In this document: in pieces, positions 51,031-64,000 of the stretch | Position numbering within the stretch: the first letter of the stretch is position 1 | How the letters are laid out: each line of letters begins with the position of its first letter | Origin: Eimeria praecox | Taxonomy: Eukaryota | NCBI GenBank assembly: GCA_963920595.1 | Contig: OY986948.1 | Location: 5,146,001 to 5,210,000, forward strand | Length of the DNA: 64,000 nucleotides | Reading direction: 5' to 3' | The notes under the pieces: generated by a model | Databases searched by the model: none | The model's input: the letters and a program-made list of their open reading frames with translations, nothing else | Told to the model about the DNA's origin: nothing | Position numbers and translations under genes: made by a program

Positions 51031-54000
51031 TTAGACACCGTTAGCGTTGAGGAGGATTCGCTGAGCACGCATTATCGCAGCCCGTGAGTTGATGGATGCT
51101 TAAGCTTTGCTGAGTCAGGGAACCGCAAAAAGGGGCGGTAGGACAGGGGTAGCGTGCGCTGGTAACCCTCTTTGCTGCCTAGGCGTGGGAGTCTTAGATA
51201 GACGGAAATATGAACTCGCTGTGGTTGGCTATGAACGCTGTTCACAACAACTCCACTGCACAGCTTTAGAGCTGCATGTGGACTTGCGAGAACGGTCATA
51301 TTTTCGGCCTGTAGAACATCATACGAATGACCAGGGAACCACTGCTGATTGTGAACGTGCGTTCAACGCTAATTCGTTTTACTTTCAGCCAGTATGCAAG
51401 ACGCCAGAGACTGAAGTTGAGTTGTAGTCACTCCAAGCGTTCGTGGGTATTTTGCAGAAGCGGCCACCGATTTGTAAGCTGCTAGCGATGCTGCATTCAA
51501 GGCAGATAGCTTGTACTATTGGTTTTTTATTTGTGGCTACAGGTGAATGCGCGTGGATGGGGCCATTTATGGCCTGCAGGCTCTCTAAAATTGCAGGCGT
51601 TTGGACATTGATTTTTGAGTCCCACTGGGAAGAGCGCACGTGAGCAATTCCCCCTGTGATTCAAAATGCTAATGCATGCTATCGCGTTTGCTTCGACTAA
51701 CAGCGTTTACGGCACTTGCTTGTTGGATGAGGCGTTGTGGATGCTGGGGAGGCAGAGCAGTGGGGAGGGAAATGCTTTGTTTGGGTTTGTGTGACGAAGT
51801 GATGTATGAGGCGCCAGTAATAGCCAGTGCCACCCTTACTGGAAAGCTGGACACTGTTGAAAGCCTTCGAAAAAGTGAGTGCAGCCCCTGTTAGTTTTGA
51901 TTAAGACCTCTAATATAAAATACTGTGGAGGGCCAAATGTAGAACTTGGCAGTCACTTTTGTGTGCCTTGCTTAGAAATGGTCATCCCAACCCAGTAGAA
52001 TGCTGGGGCGGCCTGGGGAGGCCGCTTACTGACGCCTTCATGCTCAGCCACAGTGTGGATGCTGTACGTGGCACATGGACGTAGATCTGACGGCATAGTT
52101 CAACCTTCAAGCTAGAAAAAGAAGCGCCAGTAGTGAGTGTGTGCGCGCTTATAACTGACATACATTGCGGACTCCCATTCTCGCCGGAAGCGGCAAACAG
52201 CCAAGCATTCCGCTTACTTAGATGGATGGCAAAGCTCTATTGCTGACTAAGGTCATATAAAGCTTATGAGATCACCTCCTTATGGAGCAATATATGAGTG
52301 CAATTCTACTTCGGCTAGCGGCAGGGCTGGCAGGCTCTGAGACCTCCTTGGTAACTCGCTACTCTCCTAAGCGAGTGCGAAAGCGGCTTGGCCACAAGCG
52401 GTGTAGAACTACAACAAACGTTCAGGAAAATAATCCAACGTGGCATTCGGAAATTTTGGGACAAGCATTTTAACTCGCGCGCCTACGTGACACGCCTAAG
52501 AGGGTGAGTCGAATGCCTTGCAAAAGCCGCAAATGAAGAACTGTTCGTGCACGTACTTGGCATTTGTGTCTTACATTAGGAGGCACTAGGCTTTTTGTGG
52601 GTCGAATGGTGGCGATGTATCCAAAGCATAAGTATACGTGTTCATGGCTGATCTGTTCCATGAAATCAAACCCGTCAAGGGGTTGACTTTTCGACAGTTT
52701 TCCGCCTGCCTGTCGCCTCGGCCCACTGGTCCGGTTTGTGACTTTCTGAAGGGTACGGTGAAGACTGCACGCCATAGGGTAAACATAACAAGGGGCTGCC
52801 CCCATGCGCCTTTGTAAATCAGAGTGTGCGTGGAAAGGCAGGCTAATTGAGGCCAACTACATTACACACCTCGGTGGTAGGGTAGTGAGCGAAGTCACGT
52901 CTGTCTGCTGCCTCCGGGCGCAGACCCACAAGCCAAGCATACACCTTAGTCTCTGCTGCCTTGAAGCCAAATCCAGTGCGCTTTGGCAGATACGGAGGGT
53001 CAATGCATGATACGCATCTGCGGGTCGTGAGATACGTCTTTTGAGGCATTGCAGCAATGGTACTGTGGGCGGCAGGCATGCAATAAAGGCCAAAGGCGTT
53101 TCCCTGTTCAGGCATTCGCTGTTGTATTCAGGAAGTACGCAGCTGAAGCGAATACTGGGTTGCGGTAGTGTGCACCATGGTCAGCGTTCAAGCACAGCAA
53201 TGAACAGACTTTGAGACGGGTGGCATCAGGTTTCTTGTTAGAGCTAGTGCAAGTGAACGCAGAGCGTGAGCTCGAGCCGCCAGGCAGCTCCCAGCCAGAG
53301 GCTTGATCCTGCGTCAGCTGGGGAACCCCACAACTCCGGCTGCCACAACTGTGCTGGATGTCTAGCTGCACCCTATAAGAAGCTTGAGGGCTGCAATGCG
53401 GCTAGCAGAGGGGTTTGCTGAAACAGGAAGCCTCGGTTGTATCACGAAAGCGTGGTGAAGCCTGCTAGCAACAGTTGCGCACTTCACCCGGCTGCAAAAC
53501 CAGGATTAATGAACTGATCAGCGCACCAGAACTGGATCAGGGATCTCATTACAGCGTCATTTCCGCACATCTACGCCATTAGTGGTGCTTTCGAATCATC
53601 CGACGAGCCTTATGCTCACGTGTACGCAAATAAATGCGGCTGAGAACTCCCATGCCTGTACTCCACTGTGGCGATGAATCGGTTCATCGCAGTGGCATAT
53701 GCAAGGAATTCACCGGTGACCGAACATAAGTAGATAATAATTGTCGTTGTACGATGGAGATAGCATAGCTGCTCACGAGCAGGCCTCTGTCCTGAGAATA
53801 CTGTCATCGCGACGCTGCGTGTGTGCCACGCACGTTCAAGGAAAAGCACCATCTGCTGCGTTCATGAGCCAATTCGAACAGGTTGTACGCAGGGCAGCAA
53901 CGGGCTGTGAAGTTGCGCAGCTGTCGTCTACTGAAGCAGTTAGCAGTGGCATTGCTCGTGTGAATTTATGAGCCGGATTACAGGTGCTCTACGTGCATTT

Positions 54001-57000
54001 CGCCGAAAAGGAAGTGAGCTATGCGTCTTGAATTGGTGGGCACTCATCTGCCGAGGCCCGTGTCATGAATTAGTTGGAGGCGGTGGCCTCACGCAGATGC
54101 ACGTTGCTGTTCGGTTATACTGGCATGCGCAGCTCAAATGGGACTCACCAGAATGTAGGTCTGCATTTACCTGCCCATGTGACGAGGTGTCAAGGATGAG
54201 CATGCACCTTCGGCGTAGTGATTTGTGTGGAATACTGGGGAGCGTTGACAGTGATTGATGGCTTTACTAGAGCGCCTGATAGCAAGATATGGCTGGAGGG
54301 CGAGAAAGAGAAGACGACGCGAGAGTACGAAAACTGTGTGCAGGCGTTGCATTTACGACCTTCCCGTGCAACGTCTACGTGTAGGACTGATTATCTGGAA
54401 TTCTTCAAGGAGCACTTGCCCCGCTAGGAGGACAACGCCGTTAGTGGGTTCCTATCGGCCAAGGGGGGTCACTAGACCACTTGCGCCACTTTGTTGGGCT
54501 TGGAGTAGGACATAAGTGATGCTGCTTATGCTGATCGCTCTCTGACGATTCTCCGATGCGTAATTAGCTTTTGAAGTTGCATTTTTGGCCTGTCTGCAAG
54601 CAGTTGGTGGCCTATATTGTCTCTGCATGCGTCCGTTCCTGTCTACGATGGCTTGACCTGGAAGCCAGAGCAGCTTTGCGTACCAGTGGAAAGGAGTTGG
54701 GAGTTCTATAGGCTCAAATGCTTCGGCGGGTTTGCAATAGCGCTGTTACATGCCATGGAGGCGACCAGAAAATGCCTCTTCCCTCTTAAGAACCGTGTGG
54801 CTATGCTTAGATAGTAAGCGACGGAGTTCGGGCAGAGAGTTTTAGACTTACGAGGTAATAGAGACCACTTGCTGCGTACAGTGGGAATATCTCTATGCAC
54901 GCAGTTCTAACGAATATTCGTGGAATTGCGGGAAGCTCAGCTGCAACTGTTGTGAGCAATGCAGTCTGCGAATGCCACTCACTAGCGATGTGGAACTGTT
55001 GGCCGCAAAGCTTGTGGTTATCAATGAGTGGAAGTGGAGATGTAAATTCGCACAACATTTATGTCATATATGCATGCTTTTACGATTATTGATACGTTGT
55101 TTAAGAATATTTGTTCCCTTCTGTGCTCCGTCGGTACATCTTGTGACAGGCGCCCAAACGGTACGCTTACATCAGTGCGTCACGCTGTCAAAGCATTCAT
55201 AACCTTCTAGTAGCTCGACAAAAGGTGCATACGGCTCTGGAGAAATCCATTTTTCTCGTAGACTCTGCTTTGCTGCGAGCAGATAGTAAGCCACACATTT
55301 CGGGAAAGCAGTTGCGGATTTATGAAGGAGTAGCGAGTACTAGCTCTGTGCAGTGGCAGTAAGCCTATGCATGCATTCCAAGCAGACATGTATTCCGCTG
55401 CAGGGAGCGCAGCTGCCACTGCTACATGCGATGCACCTGAAAGAGCCCATATCATTCATTGGCGCCATAAAGCTGCTAGGCATGCTTAGAAGGATGCAAA
55501 ATTTGTAATTACCGAAACGCTAGCCGAAAAAAGGGTGCTTGTGCATGAGCGATGTTCACGCCGCCGTAGGCATACCTTTATAATCAATTTTCCTTTATAC
55601 GGATCATGCGCATTGGCTTCTGCGCTGCGTCGGTCATCGCTGGTGTAAGGCGCCTAAGAGATACGTTTGCATCACTGTAGCCGTTTATCAGTGCTGGCAG
55701 TGTTTGGTGTCCTGCATTTTGTCGCAGTGCCTTTCAGGCACGCTTTAGCTGCCTACCAGAGGGAGCCAAGCATAGAAACTCTTGCATGCATTGAGAGGCA
55801 GGCTGCCAGGTAAATGAGTGGCTTGCGGCTGAGGCGGGCATTCTTTGCTTTGGACTCATCTGGGCTTAATAGTGGTTGTACTTAGTACTGCTGCATGGGT
55901 ACATCAGATGACAGAGTATATGGTTAAATCAATTCTTCACGCACCGTCCAGCATAGTGTATGCGTGCACGGCACGGATGTAGTGGCAGACGGTTTGCATC
56001 CCGCTATTTTGTGGCACAAAGAGGATACTGGTACGCTTTTAATTGGTGCTTTAGTGCGTATTCAGCCCATATTGACGTTGATGGATTTACTACTAAAGCA
56101 CTGCTTCAGCAATAGGTTTCAGGAGTACGCCCAAGAGCAAAAATGGAAACCACGATTGATAGGCTGAGATTTTGTGCGCGCGGTGCCGAGGCTGCGAATA
56201 AAAGCAAAACCCTTAAAGCATCAAACATATATTTCATGTTTCACATATCCATAATGATATTAAACGTGATTTTGCGTTTGCGCCTGGTACGGTGCATTGC
56301 CTCGGGAAAGGCTGCAAGGAAGCGATTGCATTTGTACAGGAGGGTGCGGCAGCAAACGCACCTGCCTAGCTCACGGTCAAACTGGGCATGCAGAGGCATT
56401 AGTCCTTCAATTAGTGCTGCCAGCAGGGTAGAACCGAATATGAGGCTTGCCTCATATTCGGGACCTACGCGTCAAGCAGAAAAAGGTTGGCGGGCCTTGT
56501 ACAAGGCGCCAAGAGGACCAGCTGTTGTTCATTCTTTTGCCGCAGGTATTTATGTAATGCAGGCCAGAATTGCTGGTTGCAGCAGCGATGTGCTTTTGGA
56601 GAAAGGCGTCGAAAAGCGTTCCTCGTAAACCTGTACAAAAGGAACACGCGCAGCATGCGCATTCAGAGCTGCTGGCCATCTTGGAGTCTTTGGCTGCGAC
56701 CTGGTTTTGTTCATTATCAGGCTAAGCTAGTACGCAAGGATTAATAGTGGTGGAGTAGCCAATTGTGAACTAGATATCCGGGTGTCGATTAAGGCAAGGC
56801 GATTACAGCAACAGCTATATTTTGTAGGCTGCCTAAACCCTATAGGCATTCAGTAGGGGGTGCGCAAATGCCTGGTACAATCCAGAGCCTATGCTTGAAG
56901 CGCTGCATAGAAACGAATTCTGGATTCCAGACGCTTCCCTCAGCATGCAAGGCGGCGAAAGACGTCCGCTTGCACATCTGAGGCATCATGAACCAAGGGG

Positions 57001-57300
57001 CTAGTAGCTTTGACGATCCCATCGAGGACGCGCTGTGCGCATTATGCGAAACGGTCCAGTCTTCTGCATTCGCGTTAGGCCCTTATAACCTTGAGAATAA
57101 ATTCGCAGCTTGCCCAACCTGCAGACGGATATGTGGCGGAGGCCGTTGCTTCGTGCTTGCTCACCTTGGCGAACAGCATTGGGGCACCCTGAACTCTACG
57201 GAGTATCCCTACTTAAGGATGGGTGTCGTTCAGCTTACTTACATGGAAAGAAAAGGTATTTCGCCTGCTTATATATACAGTGCCTTCTCGTCCAATCGCA
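51031..57300. repeat. Highly diverged collinear copy of large-unit positions ~2500-8900 (offset about 48.5 kb)
   Basis: Scattered collinear anchors: ~51485/2948 (AGCGAnG(a)nTGCnTTCA), ~52450/3817 (GAAAT....GACAAGC), ~53357/4830 (GATnTCnAGCTG...CTTGA), ~54880/6286 (AGTGGGA...CTAACGAA), ~55990/7452 (GGTTTGCATC), ~56792/8456 (GGCAAGG...CAGCTnTATTnTGTA). Anchors are weaker than in the distal segment. Confidence 0.65.
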
Positions 57301-57845
57301 AGCTGTTCAGCAACTATACACATAGCTTGGACTCACAAGCATGGATGTACTGAGAGTCAGCATTGTGAACACTGGGTGGGAAACGTCCTGACAGGGAGCA
57401 TCTGGTCCGAGTTATAGAGTTATTGCGAGTTACAAAGGCTTGCTATGAGGGTGCCATCCATATGAGGCCGATTTCTACTTCTCGCTGAAGAGGCTCCAGA
57501 TCCGCGAGAAAAATGATCCAGTGTTCTGCAGATATTCTGAGAGTCTCACACAAAGCTTTGATATCCTTTCATTGCTTGAAATATTCAAAATCTATAGCCA
57601 GCCGAAACCGCTGTTTCGCGTTGTCGTCCTCGAGCATGAGTTGAATGTATTGCCAGTGACGCAGCAGTGCTTCTGGTGCATGCTGCTGATATCAAACGGG
57701 CAAGCAGTTCATGCGCGCCTTTGTACACATGTTGTGTTACACCGCCTTCTCCTGCAATCGCAAGCTGCTCTGCTCAGAACGTATGTACTTTGCTTTAATT
57801 GACGATTGTGGAGACACCTAGGCGCCAGCCCTGTTCGCAGCGACT

Positions 57846-58800
57846 GTGAAATATCCTGAGGGCATGCATTTGGAGCGAACCCTTACTCGGCCTGCATGCT
57901 GGTGCGTGACAAGCGTGAAGACAGGTCAGTTTGGGTTCCCGCATGCGTACGTAGGTTTAGAAGGATCTGCGCACCAGCAGGAGCGGCTAGGAGTCATTTC
58001 GTTATGGCAGCGCATTTCATTAGTACTCTTTACAGCGAGGCATCCAGGCTCCGCCCCGCATTTTTCAGTCAGTGTCTTCCATCAAAACCTGTTCTTGTAC
58101 TTGGGCTAGGCAGTTTCTGGCAAGAGAGGAATGAAGCAACTGGACCACCAAATGCCCATACGAGCGAGGGCAGGGTGCGCGACCTGAAGCATTGCTGTGC
58201 ATGGACATTCAAGGGGGCATTCAGCATGTAGCTTAAACTGTTTGGCTTGGTAAAATCGGTGGAAATGCTTGGTTCAGTTGGTGAGCGTGCCACTAGGACT
58301 TGGCGGCGGGGATGCAAACAAGATTCGATGGCGGTGGGCATGCAAACAAGATTCGATTGCGCTTCTCGCTGTCATGGCTTCGCCTGCCCTAGAAGCAGCA
58401 GCGTGAGCCGCCTAGTGAGCGCTCCTGTGTTGTGTGCATACATGACTCTTCTCAAAAGTTGGGAACGTTTCGCATGCTATCGGTTCTTCAGAAAAAGTCG
58501 ACTTTGTATCGATGCCTAAAGTAGCGAGCGGCTTTGAGCGCTCGTTGGCAATGACTGCGCAGAGAACGGAAATTGCATCTAGCGCGCATACGATAGTTGG
58601 TTGAAGAGCATACAGCATTTGTCGAAGGCCAATGCAGTTCATGCAAGCTCACTCGCAGATGCGGCGCGCCAGTATTTTCTGTTGCAGCGGCGTAGTGTGC
58701 GTTCCAGGAAGTGTGCAAATGCCTTTAATCAACGGTTTTCGGGGTGTTCGGATGGCTGCAGGAAGCCCTGCGGGCAGCGACAGTGAGGCATGCTGGGGGC
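57846..58800. repeat. Single, unexpanded, diverged homolog of the 918-bp unit
   Basis: Contains TGCTGTGCATGG, TGTTTGGCTT, GTGGAAATGCTTGGT, TTGCGCTTCT and TTTCTGTTGCAGCGGCGT in the same order as the 918-bp unit. Confidence 0.88.
58301..58356. repeat. 28-bp direct tandem duplication (2 mismatches)
   Basis: TGGCGGCGGGGATGCAAACAAGATTCGA followed by TGGCGGTGGGCATGCAAACAAGATTCGA. Confidence 0.93.
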
Positions 58801-61800
58801 ATGCGCTTTGTCAAAACCATTGGTCTAGATGTGTACCTTTTATGGGCTTTGTGGAAGCAGGTGATGGCGGGCTTTGAGAAATACACGCGCTTGCAGAAGC
58901 AATGGTGGAGTGAAGAGACTCTTTTATTGTATCTCTGAACTGCTCGCTGTAGATGAGCTTGTGCCTCCCTTGGGCATTGCGTATCTTAAGAAATGTTTGA
59001 GGAAGGAACAGATCTAGATGCATGTTCAGTTTCTAACTGTCCGTTCACACTGTAGTGCGCAACTATCGTATATTCGCTGTTTCCAGTGCTCGATTTGCCC
59101 CTTTAGCAAGGGTGGCGGCAAAGATCAAGCAAATGGAAGTGTCCATGGAGCTCAAGTCTGCAGCCAGCCACAAAGCCTTCTAAACCTCGTCGTTAAGAAG
59201 GGGGTTGAAGGTCTCGATCAATTTGTAACATCCTGAAAACTACTTAAGCAGCTAGAATCATGAAGGCATCGGTGACGCGCATGCGAGCAAGTTTTGCACA
59301 GCCTAGGATGCAGAGCTGAGGGCGACTATGTGCGGGCCACCACAGGATGTTGGTGCTGTGGTCCACTGTAACCTGCCTGTAAAATCCTTTGCTTATGCTG
59401 TTCACGTATTTTGGATTAGAGGGTAGCATTTACCCCATTAATGACGGGAGCAGGCATTTGCAGGGAGGCCAGCCATGGTTTTCACGGTGTATGGTGTGTA
59501 GGAGGAGATACAGTGATCAACACGATGTTCATGCGGTGCCAGGTTGGCCTCCCGCACACGCGGGCCGTTTGAGCGCCGTTCACATTCGACGTGGGAAGAT
59601 ACTTGTGCACACAGAGCAGGAAGTTTCCTTAAGTGACAGTAGGTGTGGCATATGACAGAACGTGAGCACGCGGGTCCATGCTGAACGACTGTACACACCA
59701 GCGGTTTGAGCTACTTTCGCATTCAAGACGGGAGGCAGGTTTTGGACAAGCTGACTATGGGAACTGGCGCCTGGACACAAAGCAGAAAGCTCCGCTCACA
59801 GCGTGTAGATGCGTTTGACAGAGGTGCTTATGGTGTCCGTTATGCCCTGCCTATACACAGTGGTGGCCTGTGTTGATCCCATGTATAGGGGGATAGTTCA
59901 ACGTTTGTTTAGTATGGGGAAGAATACGCGCAGAACGAGCTGCAGTGGCTTTCATGGTGTATAGCGTGTGGCACAGGAGGAGAGCTGAGTGATCTGCTCT
60001 GGCCTGTCTTGCGTATCCACCATGAAGTAATGCGTAATGCTTGCATCTAGATTTGTAATATCCTGTAATATTCGTTTCCGTACTTTTTGTACAGCGCTGC
60101 TACGATTTGGTCTACTTGGTGTACGTTTAACCTTGCAACATGAAATTCCGTTGCGGCTGCAAAGGCCTCAACTGTCCAGCCTGTACACGCGCTTAGTTGC
60201 CTTATGCATCTTAATGCCTACCGGAAGCATGCACAGGGTAGAGAAAGATTTAGTATGGCCGGCCAGACGTGCGCGCGCCTACATCACTGAAAGGCTTTTG
60301 CAGCAGTCTGGTTGACTTTACGTGACTAGAAAAACCTTCCTGGATATTTATGAAACTACAGGGTGAATCTGAATACCTTCACTTCTTGTCGATTTATCTG
60401 TGTAAGCCTTGGCCAAAACGGATGTGCCTATGCTGTCAACATTTCTAGTCTTTCTGGTGAATAATTCAGACAGGAGGCCCGCATATAGGAACGGCGAAAT
60501 CCCAAAATACCCCTGCTTGACGAGGGTATTAGCATTGCACCCTTCAGGGGAAGATCACGGTGTTCACGGTGACGAATAGCTGAGTTTATCAGCACGTAGC
60601 CTCGGGTTGCCTGGATAATGCCGCACAGCAAAGTAAGACGAGTACGAGAAACTGGAAAAATAAGGCAATACAGTGTAAGGGCCGGCTTACGACGGCGGGC
60701 GTCGCAAGCATCTACAGACATACCCGTAGGTAGGATGTGGCTGTGCTCCGTTGCCTTCCTTCATGGCGCTTCTTCACTGATTGGAGGTGGTGGATCTGCT
60801 GTAACGGATGCCTGCAATGCTCAGCCCACGCTAACCATTGACGACTGCATTCGAAGGCGTGTGGACGGGTGAAACACGATTTGCTTTGAGGGAAATGCCT
60901 GGCTGTAATGGCGTGGGCGCGCCAACCAGAGAACACGGCCGCATTGAAGCTTAGCAGCAACGGACCGTAGGCACGATATTCTTTTCGAGCAAAGGATTGC
61001 ACAGGAGAAGGCGTCATTTGCTTCGTGGCCAAGCTGGCCTCGACTGTACAACGTGTGAGGACTGCGTAGTGTTATTTGGAACGGCATTGCCCTGGTTTGG
61101 CCCTGACCCAATCAAGGCATTTGTGCATTTGCCCTGAGCCAATAAAAGGCCTTGTGCATCTCACAGTTCGGTGGCAGTCTGGCGTGGGCTTATGTTTGCC
61201 TTTGTCACAGCCGGAAGCACACCGGCTTCTCATTCTGCTGAAAGCTCCTCCAATAACTTGCGAATGCATCTTCAGCCAGTACGCAAGCGGCTTTGAGACA
61301 ACGTCTTGCCGCTGCCGAAGTCCACCAATAAGTGGCGTAGCGGAGCTGTTTTGGCACAATATGTATATGCATGCTTTAGTGTTCTTCCCACTTGTAGCAA
61401 GCCGCGAAGCTGTGGAGTGCTTACCAGCTGGGGATGTGAGGGATAATAGTAGGTTAGGCAGCAAACGGACATTTGCTCCAGGTGAGCGTGGGTTCGGGGT
61501 GGGATGCAGCTGGTGCCACACGGTGCAATTGCCGCTGCACATATACATTTGCTGCGTGGCAGGAGGCCATTTTGAAGATTGATGGATCTGAATTAAGAAA
61601 CGAAGCCACCTGGCATGCAACTGAGTCGGGTGGGGGAGCATATGCATAACTCAAATATTCTGTGCGTGCCACCCAGAGAACGCAAGAGCGTTTATACGTG
61701 GAAGTATCAGCACATCAAGGGAAAGTCCATCTTGAGCAAAGGAAAGCGGCCATTTGCTTCCTCACCTTATAATGGTTTAACAACAATGGCTTGCCAAAGA

Positions 61801-64000
61801 TTTTTAACAATATGAAAGTTCAACCTGCTTCGCACTGGGTTGGCCCCCCGTGCATGTATGCTTGTCGTACCTTGGCGGCAGACAGGTTCTGGTCTGTGTC
61901 TGGCCGACAAAGTTGCTGCAGCGTTGTAACTCAATAGAAGGCGCTGAATGACGACAAAGTGATATTGCTCTCGTTTTGGTATAGACTGTGAGCTGCCACG
62001 ATGAAGCATTATTCGACTGGCCAACAAAATTTGATTTCGCCTCTCAGAAGAGTGTAAATGCTATGAGCAGCTGTAGGTTGGGCTGGGAGGAAAAGCGTAC
62101 GGAAAAAGGCATTTGATGCGCCAGCTTTTGTGCTTAACATTTGTGCGCAATAAGTGGTGGCTAGGCCTTTACAGAGTAATACACTGTAAGTGAGCTACTA
62201 GCCAATGAAACTGCATCTGCAATGCCGGTTTAATAAGGCGTTCGTCCCCATATTTTGGATGCTAAAACATGATGCCCCCCTGATCGCCACGTAATTTGCT
62301 CTGACAATTGTGGCCAAGGCCGCGAGGCCGCTTCGACCACATTTCTCAGAGTCCATCCATCCTCGCAGGCATTCGAAGGTTTGTAAAAGTAGACATTGTT
62401 CAACATTTCGAAAAACTGACTGACTCAGTGCCTGCGCCCCCATTACGTTACTTGATTTTCGATATGCCATTGCAGTCCCCGTAGCGTATGGACCCTCTCT
62501 AGAAGCTGCAGCTCTTCGGGAGGAGCACCAGGGCATTGCCGGAATGCTCTGAAAAGCTTATCTCTAGAAGTGCGGGTGTGGCGGGCCCGTATCAAACGAT
62601 TTGTGTTCCCATCTCGTTGGCCCGAAGCACTAGCGTCCTTATGTTTGTGGAAGCCTGTGCGGCGCTCATCGAATCCGTCTGAGTAAACCTGCATTTTCGT
62701 AAAGAGAATGCAGCAGCGTCCTGCTAAACCAAACCGGACAGCGGAAGGAGCATTTCTTCCTTGAGAACTGTGTATTTTTTGTATGCAGGCAGCATTCATC
62801 ACACGAGTTTAAGCCGCAGAGCTATTAGTGATCGGGGCCGTAAGTGGCGATGGCGAACAACCATTAATGGTGGACTTCGCTTGTCCTTCATCGTGTCCCT
62901 TGGGGTTTATAGTGGGTGCATTTTCAAGCAGAGAAATCGGCGATCGTCCGCTTAACGAACTATTTGGCGGGCAACGGAATCTGTGGGGATGGTGGAAGTG
63001 GATGGGGCGCCGTGGGTATAAATGCAGTAGTTTGCGCTCGTTATCCAGAGAGCACAAGCGCATTCAACTGTACGGATGTCAGCTTGTGAAACGGGACTTC
63101 TTGTTGAGCGAAAGAGTCCACAACAAGAGACGCTATTTGCTTCGTTATCAAATGGTGCCTCACTACGCACGGGGTGCCGGTACTCTGTAACGGCAGTGGA
63201 GTACGAGGCTTCGAACAGTTTTCCACTGGCGTGGCTCTGATCCAAAACAGATGCCCATGCGCCCAGGACTCCCTCAACAGCCTGGTTTTGGTGTACGTCT
63301 GTCCGATACCGTTGCTGCGATGCCCTCCCAGTCCCAGGTGCTGGATTGATAAGTATGTGTGATGCCGCTGGCTTTCATAGCCTGTAAGCTGGCACTACCA
63401 ATGATATCTCGAGTGCCCAGACGAACTGGATTGTGATTGCTATAGTTGTGTCAGTAACCCGCTTTCTCGTAGGTTGAAGGGTCATGGAAAGTTTTGGGAA
63501 AAGGTACTGCAGACAGAAGCCTTCTTGCAGAGCAGTCCAAAATGAAGGAAGTGCTGAAGTATCCGATGTGTGATAATACCCCTGCCTGAGCCAGTAGCAT
63601 TTCAAACTGCATTTACAGTGCCGATAACCTGGACATTTGGTCCCTCGTCTTCGGTATTTCAAGAAATGAGGTGCAGGGCTACAGGCTGGTGCGATACCCA
63701 CCTTCCAGGACACAATTGTGTTGCTATTGCATCCACTTCACTGGTCTAGCATGTGTGCACGCTGGTTTACTTGATACAGCTGAATGCCAAACAGCAGTTT
63801 GAGCAGTGTGAATAGTGACACACCAGGTCCGGCTACCTATGACAGCCCGCGCGATTGAGAAGTGCTTTGCAACACGGCTGATGGACCCATTTGTTTGTGG
63901 AAATCCCACTGCGTAGCTTGGGAAGCCATAGCTAAGCTTGACTGCGCCTACGCCGCAGATTCACAACTGAAAACTGTCGGAAAAGTAGAGGCGGATATAC

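Larger units (their letters stand above)
57301..64000. repeat. Diverged collinear copy of the large unit (~8950 through a single 918-type monomer to ~7378); runs off the right edge
   Basis: Strong anchors: TAAGAAATGTTTGAGGAAGG at 58987 vs ~2201; TGTCCAGCCTGTAC at 60173 vs 3457; GTGGGAnGCAGCTGGTGC at ~61499 vs ~4790; ATAGCCTGTAAGCTG at 63377 vs 6728; GGATATAC at 63993 vs ~7370. The offset stays near 56.6-56.8 kb. Confidence 0.9.

Noticed and set aside
56832..56842. CTAAACCCTA telomere-like word
   Set aside because: About one repeat unit only, which is expected by chance.
61072..61647. Longest ORF in the window (191 aa, minus strand) with an overlapping 168-aa plus ORF
   Set aside because: The homologous segment at ~4370-4900 is interrupted by stops in the equivalent frames, and there is no recognisable domain.

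Overview
The window is about 50% GC and I find no supportable protein-coding, rRNA, tRNA or CRISPR feature. It looks eukaryotic; recurring TGCATGCA octamers weakly suggest a coccidian-type apicomplexan, but this is unverified. Nearly all 64 kb is one nested, same-orientation repeat system. (i) 1-42579 is a young tandem array of near-identical 9.4-10.4 kb units (4 full copies plus a partial one). (ii) Each unit carries a 918-bp sub-array of 2-3 copies. (iii) 43124-~51030 is a separate array of about 8 copies of a 973-981 bp unit, with shuffled allele blocks around a near-invariant core. (iv) The apparently unique DNA at 42580-43080 and ~51030-64000 is an old, collinear copy of the same ~8 kb super-unit (55% identity in one hand-counted block). 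(v) The super-unit itself appears to be built from older ~0.7-0.9 kb monomers. The 918-bp and ~975-bp arrays are independent expansions at about the same position of the super-unit, and their least variable cores share a collinear motif set (TA[G/C]GTGGACG(T)GCAG[C/G]AA[G/T]T). This makes the region a candidate higher-order-repeat chromosomal domain (centromere- or heterochromatin-like) with a recurrently amplified cis-element. All alignments were made by eye, and any function is inference.
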